Virus record (IMG/VR): IMGVR_UViG_3300032782_000011
Coordinates: 1-63,457 of that record
Reading direction: 5' to 3' (one strand)
DNA length: 63,457 nt
Source of the DNA: a virus
Taxonomy: Duplodnaviria; Caudoviricetes
Every line of letters begins with the position of its first letter. Position 1 is the first letter of the stretch. Below are positions 1-8,431 of the stretch, piece after piece. Below the pieces are notes generated by a model, which saw only the letters and a program-made list of their open reading frames with translations, made no database searches and was not told the DNA's origin. Position numbers and translations under genes: made by a program.

Positions 1-504
1 TCTAGGGTCCGGCTACCGTATGACCTGAGCGGTGTCATCATCAGTGATTTCTTTGGGCTGTTTCTACGATGGTTCGATGATTTCACGCAGCAGACGGACT
101 TCACGAATCTGTATGCGTGGCAGCCGAGCTGGGTGGTGCAGCCTGCCTATGATGCTGGATGGACGACATTCGGCTCTTCGTATGGGTTGGATGGGTTCTT
201 TCATATTAGGCAGCTACTGGTCGCTTATGTCGCGACGGCTCCCATCACGCTGGCTATCACCACATACGATGGGATGAACCCTCCACCGATTATCCTGCCA
301 TCAACAGGTGGACAGTTCCAGAAGACGACTTTCCCAGTTGGTCCAAACAAGGGGATGCTATTCCAATTTCGTGGAACCTCTACGGCTCCATTCCAGATTT
401 TTGAGGACCACTCTGAAGTCTGGGCTGGCCAGTGGGGGAGACCGGATGCGTACACGATATTCCGCAACCTAGGAGGCAAGCCCGTTGAGCAAGGTCCAAT
501 CTAG
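1..504 (+). CDS. C-terminal part of the large tail protein that starts at 60228 and spans the circular junction
   Basis: Frame 1 is open from base 1 (SRVRLPYDLSG...) to TAG at 502-504. Bases 1-8 (TCTAGGGT) equal 63450-63457 and the frames join. Confidence 0.85.
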   Translation, partial: SRVRLPYDLSGVIISDFFGLFLRWFDDFTQQTDFTNLYAWQPSWVVQPAYDAGWTTFGSSYGLDGFFHIRQLLVAYVATAPITLAITTYDGMNPPPIILPSTGGQFQKTTFPVGPNKGMLFQFRGTSTAPFQIFEDHSEVWAGQWGRPDAYTIFRNLGGKPVEQGPI

Positions 505-787
505 TCGGTGGTACCCGACAAGCAATCAAATCGACACACCCGAGAAGATGCAGAACACACTCCGCATCATGCTCGACCAGCATTACGCGCTACAGGATGC
601 CCATGACAAGTTGATGGCCGCGACGAGTGCGCCTAGTGAGGAGCCATCCAGCCCTTATCCACCGGGCTCCGGGCCGACCGACACCATGATTTGCGGGCTC
701 CGGGTACAACCTGTGGACACGACGACCCTCAGCAACGGGGCCACCGTCAAGTGGAATAAATCCACTGGAACATTCATCGTCAGCTAG
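485..787 (+). CDS. Hypothetical virion-associated protein (100 aa)
   Basis: TTG start preceded by AGGAGG; lies in the tail operon. Confidence 0.65.
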   Translation: MSKVQSSRWYPTSNQIDTPEKMQNTLRIMLDQHYALQDAHDKLMAATSAPSEEPSSPYPPGSGPTDTMICGLRVQPVDTTTLSNGATVKWNKSTGTFIVS

Positions 788-818
788 GTTATAGTACGCC
801 TAGGACTGGGAGGGTAAG

Positions 819-1274
819 ATGGCGAACTCCGTATTGAATCTGCGGCAAGGGCCGATTTGGCCTCTTGGGATGATTGTCAACGTCACCCCTGGGACACCTG
901 TGAATATCATGAGTCTCGTGGACCCATCGAGCGTGAACGACCCCAACGCCAAGACGGGCACGCAGTCCTATGAGTACACGGTGAGGGCCTACGAGATTCT
1001 CTTCCAAGCCGCGAAGGTCGGGGCGTCACACGGTACGCAGATTAACACTGGGAATATCTATATCCTCAAACGTGGCGGCACAGCGGGGTCGGGGAATCGT
1101 GACGACTACGGTGTGCTCATTGCCACTCTCTCACAGGGTACGACTGGGGTGTACCCGCCAGTGTTTAGGCTTACTGCTGCGGCGATGAACCGGAACATAT
1201 TCAATCCTTATGACTTCCTGATTGATGCGGACAACACTGGAGATGGGTGTCAGGTGACACTGAATATCCAATGA
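819..1274 (+). CDS. Hypothetical structural protein (151 aa)
   Basis: GGGAGG RBS, beta-rich composition, tail operon context. Confidence 0.7.
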   Translation: MANSVLNLRQGPIWPLGMIVNVTPGTPVNIMSLVDPSSVNDPNAKTGTQSYEYTVRAYEILFQAAKVGASHGTQINTGNIYILKRGGTAGSGNRDDYGVLIATLSQGTTGVYPPVFRLTAAAMNRNIFNPYDFLIDADNTGDGCQVTLNIQ

Positions 1275-1663
1275 GTAACATTACTTATAGATGGATAGAT
1301 GGACCATTCGCGGATGACGCGGACTGGCAGAGGGTTGCCGACATCATCGCCATACGAGGATGGGCTCCGCTGGTGCGGGAGCTATCACGAGTGCTAGTCG
1401 CTGAGGCGGATGGGAAGCTCGTTGGATTCTTCCCCCTCAGATGGCTGCCACACGTCGATGGGCTCTGGGTGACGCCGAGTGCGCGAGGTAGCGAAGTGGC
1501 TGAGACTCTAGTGGATGTGATGAAGGAATTTCTTGATGAAGCGGGTGCTACTGGTTACATGGCGGTAGCTGAGAATCCACTCGCTGCAAAGATGTGCGAA
1601 GCGCGTGGCATGGTTAGGATTACTGACCCTGTGTACGTGATGCCTAACGAGAGGAGTAACTAG
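1271..1663 (+). CDS. GNAT-family acetyltransferase-like protein
   Basis: ATGA overlap with the upstream gene; VLVAEADGKLVGF...LWVTPSARGSEVA resembles GNAT motif A. Podoviruses commonly have such a gene before the ejection proteins. Confidence 0.7.
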   Translation: MSNITYRWIDGPFADDADWQRVADIIAIRGWAPLVRELSRVLVAEADGKLVGFFPLRWLPHVDGLWVTPSARGSEVAETLVDVMKEFLDEAGATGYMAVAENPLAAKMCEARGMVRITDPVYVMPNERSN

Positions 1664-1671
1664 GCTATAGG

Positions 1672-2082
1672 GTGGCGGATATGGGATACACGACACCATG
1701 CTGGCTCTGGCAAGGAGGCCTAAATAAGTGGGGCTATGCCAAAATTGCACGAAATTGCAGAACCATAGGAGGGCATCGACTATTCTACAGAGCTTACATC
1801 GACCCAACTTTGAAAGACTCAACAGCGGGCAGTGACGGACTCGACCATCTATGTCGTATTCGCCACTGCGTCAATCCTAATCACCTAACCCCGACCACCT
1901 GCGTAGAGAACATCCGCAGAGGTCGAGTTACTAAACTATCTCCAGAGCAGGTTGGAATAATCCGCTTGCGTGCTATGTCTGGGGAGAACCAGCGAGTCAT
2001 CGCACGAGAATTCGGCATTCAGCAAAGTCAGGTTAGCCGAATCAAGTGTGGCCTTCGCTGGTCGGCATCCATGATGGATTAG
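1672..2082 (+). CDS. Free-standing HNH homing endonuclease with C-terminal HTH
   Basis: CWLWQG...GY...HRLFY...DHLCRIRHCVNPNHL...N motif, then QRVIAREFGIQQSQVSRIK HTH. Start may be ATG 1681. Confidence 0.9.
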   Translation: MADMGYTTPCWLWQGGLNKWGYAKIARNCRTIGGHRLFYRAYIDPTLKDSTAGSDGLDHLCRIRHCVNPNHLTPTTCVENIRRGRVTKLSPEQVGIIRLRAMSGENQRVIAREFGIQQSQVSRIKCGLRWSASMMD

Positions 2083-2098
2083 AGAGGAGGCACGCTTC

Positions 2099-2706
2099 AT
2101 GGGCGGCTTTCTTTAGGAATCGGTGGTAGCGGTAGCAAGACCGACCGCACGGTGCAGTTGCAGTCGTTCGGCAACTTGAACAACGTCTTTAACTGGGCGT
2201 TGCCTTTTGCGCAGGGTCTAGGCACTTCAGGGCAGAACGTCACGAATGCTGGTGTCGGAGACTTGTCTCAAGCAGGCAATTACTATAAGAAGCTCCTCAG
2301 TGGGAATAGGAGCGACCTATTCCAAGCTGAAGCTCCAGCAGTGAATTCTGCTATTGGTGCCGGGGATGCGTCAAAACGCAACCTCGGGGCGTCAGGAACG
2401 GCGCGAGGTGGAGGAGTATCGGCGTCCAACCAGCAGATTGACGACAAGACCCGAGCGACTATCGACAATTTACTGTTCGGTGTGCGCCCTGGGGCTGCAA
2501 AGGAGCTTGGGGACATCGGGGCGAAGGAAGCGCAAATTGGTACACTCGAAGCGGCGTCGGCAATTCAAGGCGGGCAACTGGCTGAGTATGCTACATCGGA
2601 TGCCGGGAAGCTCGCTACGCAGGCTAAAGACCAAACTGACGCTCAGCAACAGGCAGAAGGCTCAGCCGCCGCGAGCATCTTCATGGATGCTCTGGCGCTG
2701 GCGTAG
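2099..2706 (+). CDS. Probable DNA-ejection/pilot protein; ATG at 2099 is out of frame with the body
   Basis: GAGGAGG RBS plus ATG GGC GGC TTT CTT TAG; body LGIGGSGSKTDRTVQLQ... is in the -1 frame. A/G/Q-rich and first of three ejection-type genes. Confidence 0.65.
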
Positions 2707-2716
2707 GAGGTAGACG

Positions 2717-4399
2717 ATGGGTGGATTCGCATCAGGGTTCTTTCCCGGTATCGCGGGCAAGCTCGACGAGAAGGTGAAGGAACACAAGGACAATGACCGC
2801 AGGATGCAGGATATTCAAGCGCAGATTTACCTGGATTCGCTGCACTCCGGCGAACTATCGCCTGCCGCGATACAGAAGTTCAAGCAGGAGAATGGGCGCG
2901 AGCCTACGCAGGACGAGAAGAATCAGATGTTGCAGCTCCAACATCAACAGGCGCTCACGCAGCTCCAGAAAATCTACGGCAACTCTAAGCCACTCAAGGA
3001 CCTATTCCAGAAGTTCGGGACGGTGCTGACTCTCGGGCATCGCTTCAATCAGGCGCAAAGTCAAGGTGGCGGCCAGCCAATGAGCGAGCAGACTCCGATT
3101 GGAGGGTCTTCCACACAGCTACCACCGGGGGCCGCGTCGCTCTATCCGGCTGTGGGAGGGGGAAAAGGTGGACCAACACCGCCCCCCGCAGCTCAAGGAG
3201 CATCACCCCCAAAAGCACGGGGGACGGGGAAGCCTTCGGGTTCTAAGGCCGCACTCCCCTTCCCGGCAGGTGAAGCGGCCAGCGTGGCTTATCCCTCCAC
3301 GGAGCGCAGGCAGGAACTCGCTGAGCAGGCTGCAAGGACCAAGGCTCTTGAGAAGGGTGCGAAGCCAGCGACGAGCGAGCTTGGCGCGTGGATGACTCAG
3401 TTTGAGAGTGAAAATGGACGCAAGCCGACTGCCAGCGAGATTACCAAGCACTGGCAGGATACGCACGGAACTGCGGACCCGCTCAAAAAGGAGCAAGCCC
3501 GCGCTCTTGAGCAGATGAATAATGGTGATGTCGAGGGAGCCAAGAAGACTCTCGATAACATCGAGGCCGTGGCCACCGCGAAGAAGGGTAAGGCTCCTAC
3601 TGGCACGTCGCTGCTTGCGACTATCCGCACTTCCATCGACCCGAATGCTAAGGCCGGAGATAGAGACCTCGCGAAGAAGTCTATTGACGAGTATAATAAG
3701 ATACAAAGTGGTATTCAGATGGCTCGTGGTAAGGGCTATGCGATGTACCGGGCTATGTACCAGCTTGGTAACTATCTCGATGCGGATAGTGGCGAGACCG
3801 TTACGATGTCTGCGTTCGATGCCACCAATGCCATCAAGAATGGCAAGAGCCTCACGCACATCGGGCAGCTCTCGACTCAGCAGATTGCTGCGGCGCAGAA
3901 GTTCGTGGCCGAGTCTACGCCTGCCATCAAGGAAGCGCGGGCGTACCTCAAGGCATTCGACAGCGACCAAGACAAGGCTGTGTTTGCACGCGTCATGGAT
4001 GAGCTAGGGCCTCCACCTCCGGGTGAGGAAGTATCGTGGCTCGGGAACGTGCTCGACCAAGCGCTGCTTGATAAGGGGCTCGATGAGAATGGCCGGAAGC
4101 TCATCCCGAGGCTCATCCGTTTGAAAGAGACGGTCGGGTCGTTGCGGCAGTCGCTCGGCGCGCCCGCTACCGATAGCTCCATGGCCCTCATGCTGGCGCT
4201 CATTCCTGGACCGACGACACCGAACTCGGCCTTCGCCAGCGACCTGCTTGACCAGTTTGAGAATAATGCGAAGAACTCGGTGCAGGTGCCGATTCTCGCC
4301 CCAGCAGTGAAGTCGCAGATGGGTGGAAAGGGACCGACACCTCCACCGAAGGCTGGAGCGAAGCCTGACCTCTCACAGTTTGACCATCGGCCACATTAA
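2717..4399 (+). CDS. Probable internal virion/DNA-ejection protein (560 aa)
   Basis: AGGAGG RBS; helical, A/Q/K-rich with Pro-rich linkers (a GPTPPP motif twice); position after tail genes. Confidence 0.7.
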   Translation: MGGFASGFFPGIAGKLDEKVKEHKDNDRRMQDIQAQIYLDSLHSGELSPAAIQKFKQENGREPTQDEKNQMLQLQHQQALTQLQKIYGNSKPLKDLFQKFGTVLTLGHRFNQAQSQGGGQPMSEQTPIGGSSTQLPPGAASLYPAVGGGKGGPTPPPAAQGASPPKARGTGKPSGSKAALPFPAGEAASVAYPSTERRQELAEQAARTKALEKGAKPATSELGAWMTQFESENGRKPTASEITKHWQDTHGTADPLKKEQARALEQMNNGDVEGAKKTLDNIEAVATAKKGKAPTGTSLLATIRTSIDPNAKAGDRDLAKKSIDEYNKIQSGIQMARGKGYAMYRAMYQLGNYLDADSGETVTMSAFDATNAIKNGKSLTHIGQLSTQQIAAAQKFVAESTPAIKEARAYLKAFDSDQDKAVFARVMDELGPPPPGEEVSWLGNVLDQALLDKGLDENGRKLIPRLIRLKETVGSLRQSLGAPATDSSMALMLALIPGPTTPNSAFASDLLDQFENNAKNSVQVPILAPAVKSQMGGKGPTPPPKAGAKPDLSQFDHRPH

Positions 4400-6093
4400 T
4401 GCCTCAGCAGAACAAATTCGACGTGGACGCCGCACGGAAGGCGGGCCACAGTGACGACGAGATTATCCAGTATCTCGCCGGGACTAACGGATTTGACGTT
4501 GCGGGCGCTCTGAAGGCGGGGCATTCGAAATCTGACATCATTGCCTACCTCTCAGGCACATCGCCTCAGGGCGGTGCCATTCCGGGCGCTCCAGAGGGTC
4601 TACCGGATGTGCCCTCGGCGCGCAGGCAGGCTCTCAAACAAGCTCCTCTAGGGGGACTACCGGATGACCGGGACAAGGGGCGAAATCCTCCACCACCAGA
4701 TGACGTATTGCCGAAAATGGAGCCCTCCTTCTGGGGAGGAGCGGCCATGACGCCGCAACAGTCGAAGTTTGTGAGCGAGAAGGCTCCAGGTGCCATCAAG
4801 GAGATGAATAAGCTCCGTTGGGAAGGGGTCGGGGCTGCGGCTGGCGGCGAGGCTGGTGCCATGGCTGGTCTCGGCAGACTCGGCAGGGCCGTACTGGTCG
4901 GCGCAGGCACGACCGCAGGCAGCATGACTGGTGACATCACAAACAGGGAGAAGCCGAAGGTCAAGGAGGCTCTCGTGAAGGGGGCTGTCACCGGGGCCGG
5001 AGGATATGCTCTAGACCTCGGGATTGACGCGGCGGCGAATCTCATCCGGCCATTCCTACAGAAGGCTCCACTCGCTGCCAGCGAGGAGGCTATCGCCTCG
5101 CAGGTCTCCAAGCGAGCAAGCGACCTCACAAAGATGGCTGATGCCGAAGAGGGCATCCGACAGTCCATCGTTGCTGCACCAAAGGCCATCAGGGAGCAGG
5201 TCATCAACAAGGTCTACCCTCAGATTGAAGGTCCCGTAGATGTCGGTGCCACAGCCCAACGCACGCTTGAGACACAAGCGAGGCAGGTGGCTCACAGCAA
5301 CCCTGGAGTGATGAACCGAACCATGGCGTTGGCGCGCAAAATCAACCGTGTTCAGAAGGCCGTCGATTCGATACTCGCTGAGGGAGGCGACTTCGGACTC
5401 GGGGCCGATGAGCAGGCGGCACTTGAGACTGGCATGGATAAACTATCGAAGCTACAATCCATGACCTTCATGCAGGCGAAGCAGCTTAGGAATGCTCTAG
5501 GGCGCATCAGGGCCGCTGGCGAGGGTTATAAGCTACCCGGTGAGACCATCCAAGCGGTAAAGGATGTCATGAGCACACTCGATGAGGCCATTGATGATAC
5601 GGCGGCTCGCGAGGGGAAGCTAGACCAGTTGCGGATGGCCGATAAGGTCTACAAACAATTCATGGATGACTTCTATAACCATGGTGCGCCACTGAAGGGT
5701 GTAGGCAGGCTCAAGCCAGAGATGACTGGTAAGACGCTCGATACGCTACTCAAACCTGAGAACTCTCAACGAGCAGTAGCAGCACTGAAGCGCTGGGGAA
5801 TGAGTGAGCAGGCAGATGCACTCCAGACCATTGCCGACCGCGCTGACAGGGCCGATGCCGTCAGCGAGATGAAGGACCTTTTCGTTTCGGAGTCGAGCTA
5901 CCGTTCCAGGGCAGCAGGGGCGTTGAAGCAGCAGGAAGCTGCGCGGGTCGATGCGGCTGTGAAGGCTCTGAGGGAAGCTCGCGAGAAACGATTGAAGTAC
6001 GCAGCCGGGGCTGTTGGCATTGGGAGTTCGATTGCCGCTCTCCAACGGTTGATGAACGCCGGAAAGCCTGGAGCACGAGGTTCACGCCAATAA
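4399..6093 (+). CDS. Probable internal virion/DNA-ejection protein (564 aa)
   Basis: TAATG coupling; duplicated N-terminal FDVxxAxKAGHSxxxIIxYL motif; Gly/Ala-rich hydrophobic segment typical of ejection proteins. Confidence 0.7.
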   Translation: MPQQNKFDVDAARKAGHSDDEIIQYLAGTNGFDVAGALKAGHSKSDIIAYLSGTSPQGGAIPGAPEGLPDVPSARRQALKQAPLGGLPDDRDKGRNPPPPDDVLPKMEPSFWGGAAMTPQQSKFVSEKAPGAIKEMNKLRWEGVGAAAGGEAGAMAGLGRLGRAVLVGAGTTAGSMTGDITNREKPKVKEALVKGAVTGAGGYALDLGIDAAANLIRPFLQKAPLAASEEAIASQVSKRASDLTKMADAEEGIRQSIVAAPKAIREQVINKVYPQIEGPVDVGATAQRTLETQARQVAHSNPGVMNRTMALARKINRVQKAVDSILAEGGDFGLGADEQAALETGMDKLSKLQSMTFMQAKQLRNALGRIRAAGEGYKLPGETIQAVKDVMSTLDEAIDDTAAREGKLDQLRMADKVYKQFMDDFYNHGAPLKGVGRLKPEMTGKTLDTLLKPENSQRAVAALKRWGMSEQADALQTIADRADRADAVSEMKDLFVSESSYRSRAAGALKQQEAARVDAAVKALREAREKRLKYAAGAVGIGSSIAALQRLMNAGKPGARGSRQ

Positions 6094-6113
6094 GCGCTAA
6101 AACTTCCATCAAC

Positions 6114-7094
6114 ATGGATGCTACGATACTCACTTCGTGGCAGTCTTGCAAGAGGCAGGCGCTCCTCGCACACTGGAAGCCCCTAAGGTGGAGGGCGAAG
6201 GTGTTGTTTACCGCCACGCTGCGCAGGGCGATATTCCAGGTCTCCAATGGCACGCCAGTTGAGGACGCTGTGAATGATGCGAAGTCACGCTACATGCTGG
6301 AGGCGTCAAATCCAGGGCTCGACCTGCCTCCGGGGTCGAAGCCGTATACGATAGCGCGGGACTGGTGCGCCATGCTCGATACGGTGGTCAGGGGGGCGGC
6401 GCGCCTGACGTTGCTGACTGTCAAGGAGTCGAAACAGACGAAGCTCAGCGAGAACGTCAAGTGGCAGGTCCGCTCGTGGGCCGATGAGTCTGGACAGCTC
6501 CACAGGTGGATTATCGTCGATTCGTGGTCACAGGATGACCTCTACCGGGAACTCCATGGATGGCATACCTTCGGGGACATCGCTGTTACCCAGTGTCCAC
6601 TGATGCTCCATGTCGTTGAGATTGGCTCGCAGCGAAATGGTCGAAGAGCTTCCTCATGGGCGAGGGCGTTTCAGCATCCGGCTATACCGCATTTGAAGCT
6701 ACGCTTTCGCAAGTCCGATGGCTCGGCTCTCGATGGATGGAGGTCCTACTACCTCGCCGATGCGCAGAACCCCGACCCTGATGGCTGGGTCGAGCAGATG
6801 GCTCTAGAGGGTGAATGTGAGAGGTTGATGCGTCATATAACCATCAATGTGCCGCCCAAGCAGGTTTGCGAGGATACCGTCCAGCAGATTGTCTATGAGG
6901 CTCATCGTTACGATGAGGCTAGAAGCAGCACTCAATGGCACGACCAACCCATGTCACGGGGGGCATGCGATGGGTACTCGCCATGCGTATATCAACCTGT
7001 GTGCTATAGTGAGAAGCTGGTAAATATCGAGGAGTTGGGGCTCTATAAGGCTACTCAGTCCCTAGAGCAAATTCAGCGTCAGCCTGCTCAATAA
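6114..7094 (+). CDS. Cas4-like PD-(D/E)xK-fold protein, probably catalytically degenerate
   Basis: N-terminal SWQSCKR and C-terminal PMSRGACDGYSPCVYQPVC (1+3 Cys pattern) parallel the 16161..17519 protein; no clear catalytic (D/E)xK. Confidence 0.55.
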   Translation: MDATILTSWQSCKRQALLAHWKPLRWRAKVLFTATLRRAIFQVSNGTPVEDAVNDAKSRYMLEASNPGLDLPPGSKPYTIARDWCAMLDTVVRGAARLTLLTVKESKQTKLSENVKWQVRSWADESGQLHRWIIVDSWSQDDLYRELHGWHTFGDIAVTQCPLMLHVVEIGSQRNGRRASSWARAFQHPAIPHLKLRFRKSDGSALDGWRSYYLADAQNPDPDGWVEQMALEGECERLMRHITINVPPKQVCEDTVQQIVYEAHRYDEARSSTQWHDQPMSRGACDGYSPCVYQPVCYSEKLVNIEELGLYKATQSLEQIQRQPAQ

Positions 7095-7530
7095 TGGGCT
7101 TTAGTTTCCAGAAGCGAAGCCTGCCGATGTTCAGCGTATTCACGTAATTCGCTTCATTCCCCCATGCTCTAGGCCACTGGATGCTGGTGTCGTAGTAGTA
7201 TGTGGCTCCGTTGGTGTTATCGGGGTCGCTACCACTCATGACGCTCGTTGCTGCTACACAGCAATCATTAAAGCTAGGGTCGTCGCCTAGTGGCCACTTG
7301 TCAGCGTTAGGGTCGTTGGCATTGAAACTTGAGAATTGCTCCGGTTGAAGAATGACGCGTTTGAGACTGCCAGCTTGGTGACCATTCCACCAATTAGACT
7401 CGACTGAGCGATTGACGATGACGTGGGCCACACCACGCTTGCCGTCATAAGGCTCCCCTCGCGCTTCACGCCAGATGGCAAGCTGAAGTAGCGCTAGGTC
7501 CGACATCGAATTGTAGGGCATCGGTATCAT
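7051..7530 (-). CDS. Endolysin, SleB/Hydrolase_2-type cell wall hydrolase
   Basis: IWREARGE...VAHVIVNR...QFSSFN...DNTNGATYYY signature. Confidence 0.9.
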   Translation of the reverse strand: MIPMPYNSMSDLALLQLAIWREARGEPYDGKRGVAHVIVNRSVESNWWNGHQAGSLKRVILQPEQFSSFNANDPNADKWPLGDDPSFNDCCVAATSVMSGSDPDNTNGATYYYDTSIQWPRAWGNEANYVNTLNIGRLRFWKLKPIIEQADAEFALGTE

Positions 7531-7586
7531 AAAAAAGGGGCCATCCTTCGGGGTTATTGCATAGCCAGATGGACCGGGACGGCCCC
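7531..7586 (-). terminator. Intrinsic terminator/attenuator immediately before the endolysin start
   Basis: Minus strand: GGGGCCGTCC...GGATGGCCCC stem followed by TTTTTT, then ATG. Confidence 0.65.
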
Positions 7587-7593
7587 GGAGGTA

Positions 7594-7827
7594 TCACTTT
7601 GTACTTGCCGACCTCCCTGGGGCAAGCTCGTCAGCGGGGACTGGAAGCATTCCAGCCCTTGCAAATAGTTGCTCTGAAAGCTGGTCTGGCTTGTAAGACA
7701 TCCCAGCGTGGCACTTCCAGCAGTTCAGGACTGGAGGCGCGCTCTCACCTGGGAATAGCTTGTAGGTATCCTCTGCGGAACAGTCGTCGTTCTGGCAACG
7801 GTACTTCACGTACTTTACCTTGGACAT
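7594..7827 (-). CDS. Small zinc-ribbon protein
   Basis: CxxxxC...CxxC; AAGGGGAG RBS. Confidence 0.7.
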   Translation of the reverse strand: MSKVKYVKYRCQNDDCSAEDTYKLFPGESAPPVLNCWKCHAGMSYKPDQLSEQLFARAGMLPVPADELAPGRSASTK

Positions 7828-7855
7828 GGATTCTCCCCTTTGTGGTGCGGAACTT

Positions 7856-8184
7856 GGTTCGAGGGCAGCTTAGCGAAGCCAGTGGCAAACCTGCACCAGC
7901 CTCTCGACTGCCCCCGAACATGCGCGACGTGAGCCTTCAGCACTCTAGCAGCAGCTCATCCTCTAAGCGTGTCTAGCATAAGTGGGACCTGCGTTTCATA
8001 TCGGTGCTTACTCACCCGCTACTTCTTCCCACGAACGCCGAACGCGCCCAGCCGGGATTACCTCGGCTTGGAGCTAGGTTTGAGGTGGCTCTGACTGCTC
8101 ACCGACGAGCCACTTCGCGCAAACCCTGGTCGCCAACTTATAGCCCGCCGACGACCGAAGCGGTTCGCTCTGGCTGGAGCAAAT
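7856..8184 (-). ncRNA. Candidate structured RNA in the tRNA 3' trailer
   Basis: No credible ORF; several helices (GTGGCTC/GAGCCAC, GGTTTG/CAAACC, GTGGGA/TCCCAC, GTTCGGGGGCAG/CTGCCCTCGAAC). Confidence 0.45.
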
Positions 8185-8259
8185 TGGAGCCGGATGAGAG
8201 ATTTGAACTCCCGACGCTCGCATTACAAATGCGACGCTCTGCCGCTGAGCTAATCCGGC
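8185..8259 (-). tRNA. tRNA-Thr (anticodon UGU), CCA encoded
   Basis: GCCGGAT acceptor, TAGCTCAGCGGCAGAGC D-arm, TCGCA-TTTGTAA-TGCGA anticodon arm, GGGAG-TTCAAAT-CTCTC T-arm, ATCCGGC-T-CCA. Confidence 0.95.
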
Positions 8260-8423
8260 TTGGTGACGCTAAACTTCTCGCGCTCTTCGCGGAACCTCAT
8301 GTCGATGTCTTCGCGGTGGTGGAGAGAGAATGCATCCTTCGCTCCGCACCGTGGGCAGCCCTTCGTGGCGGGTTTGGCGTCTGCAAAGTCACCGCACTTG
8401 GGACAGTAGATGTCGAAGTACAT
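8250..8423 (-). CDS. 57-aa zinc-ribbon protein (not in ORF track)
   Basis: MYFDIYCPKCGDF...GCPRCGAK...; AGGTGAG RBS; stop codon lies inside the tRNA. Confidence 0.65.
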   Translation of the reverse strand: MYFDIYCPKCGDFADAKPATKGCPRCGAKDAFSLHHREDIDMRFREEREKFSVTKPD

Positions 8424-8431
8424 CGCTCACC

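Noticed and set aside
2080-2116. Genome-wide TAG recoding
   Set aside because: Long genes are intact in code 11, TAG ends many genes at sensible boundaries, and no suppressor tRNA is present.
3203-5295. Long antisense ORFs here and elsewhere (e.g. 18202-18888 +, 54099-54896 -)
   Set aside because: Shadow frames of GC-rich genes with no RBS or recognisable motifs.
8185-8259. tRNA as an attP/att site
   Set aside because: No integrase and no duplicated tRNA 3' end.
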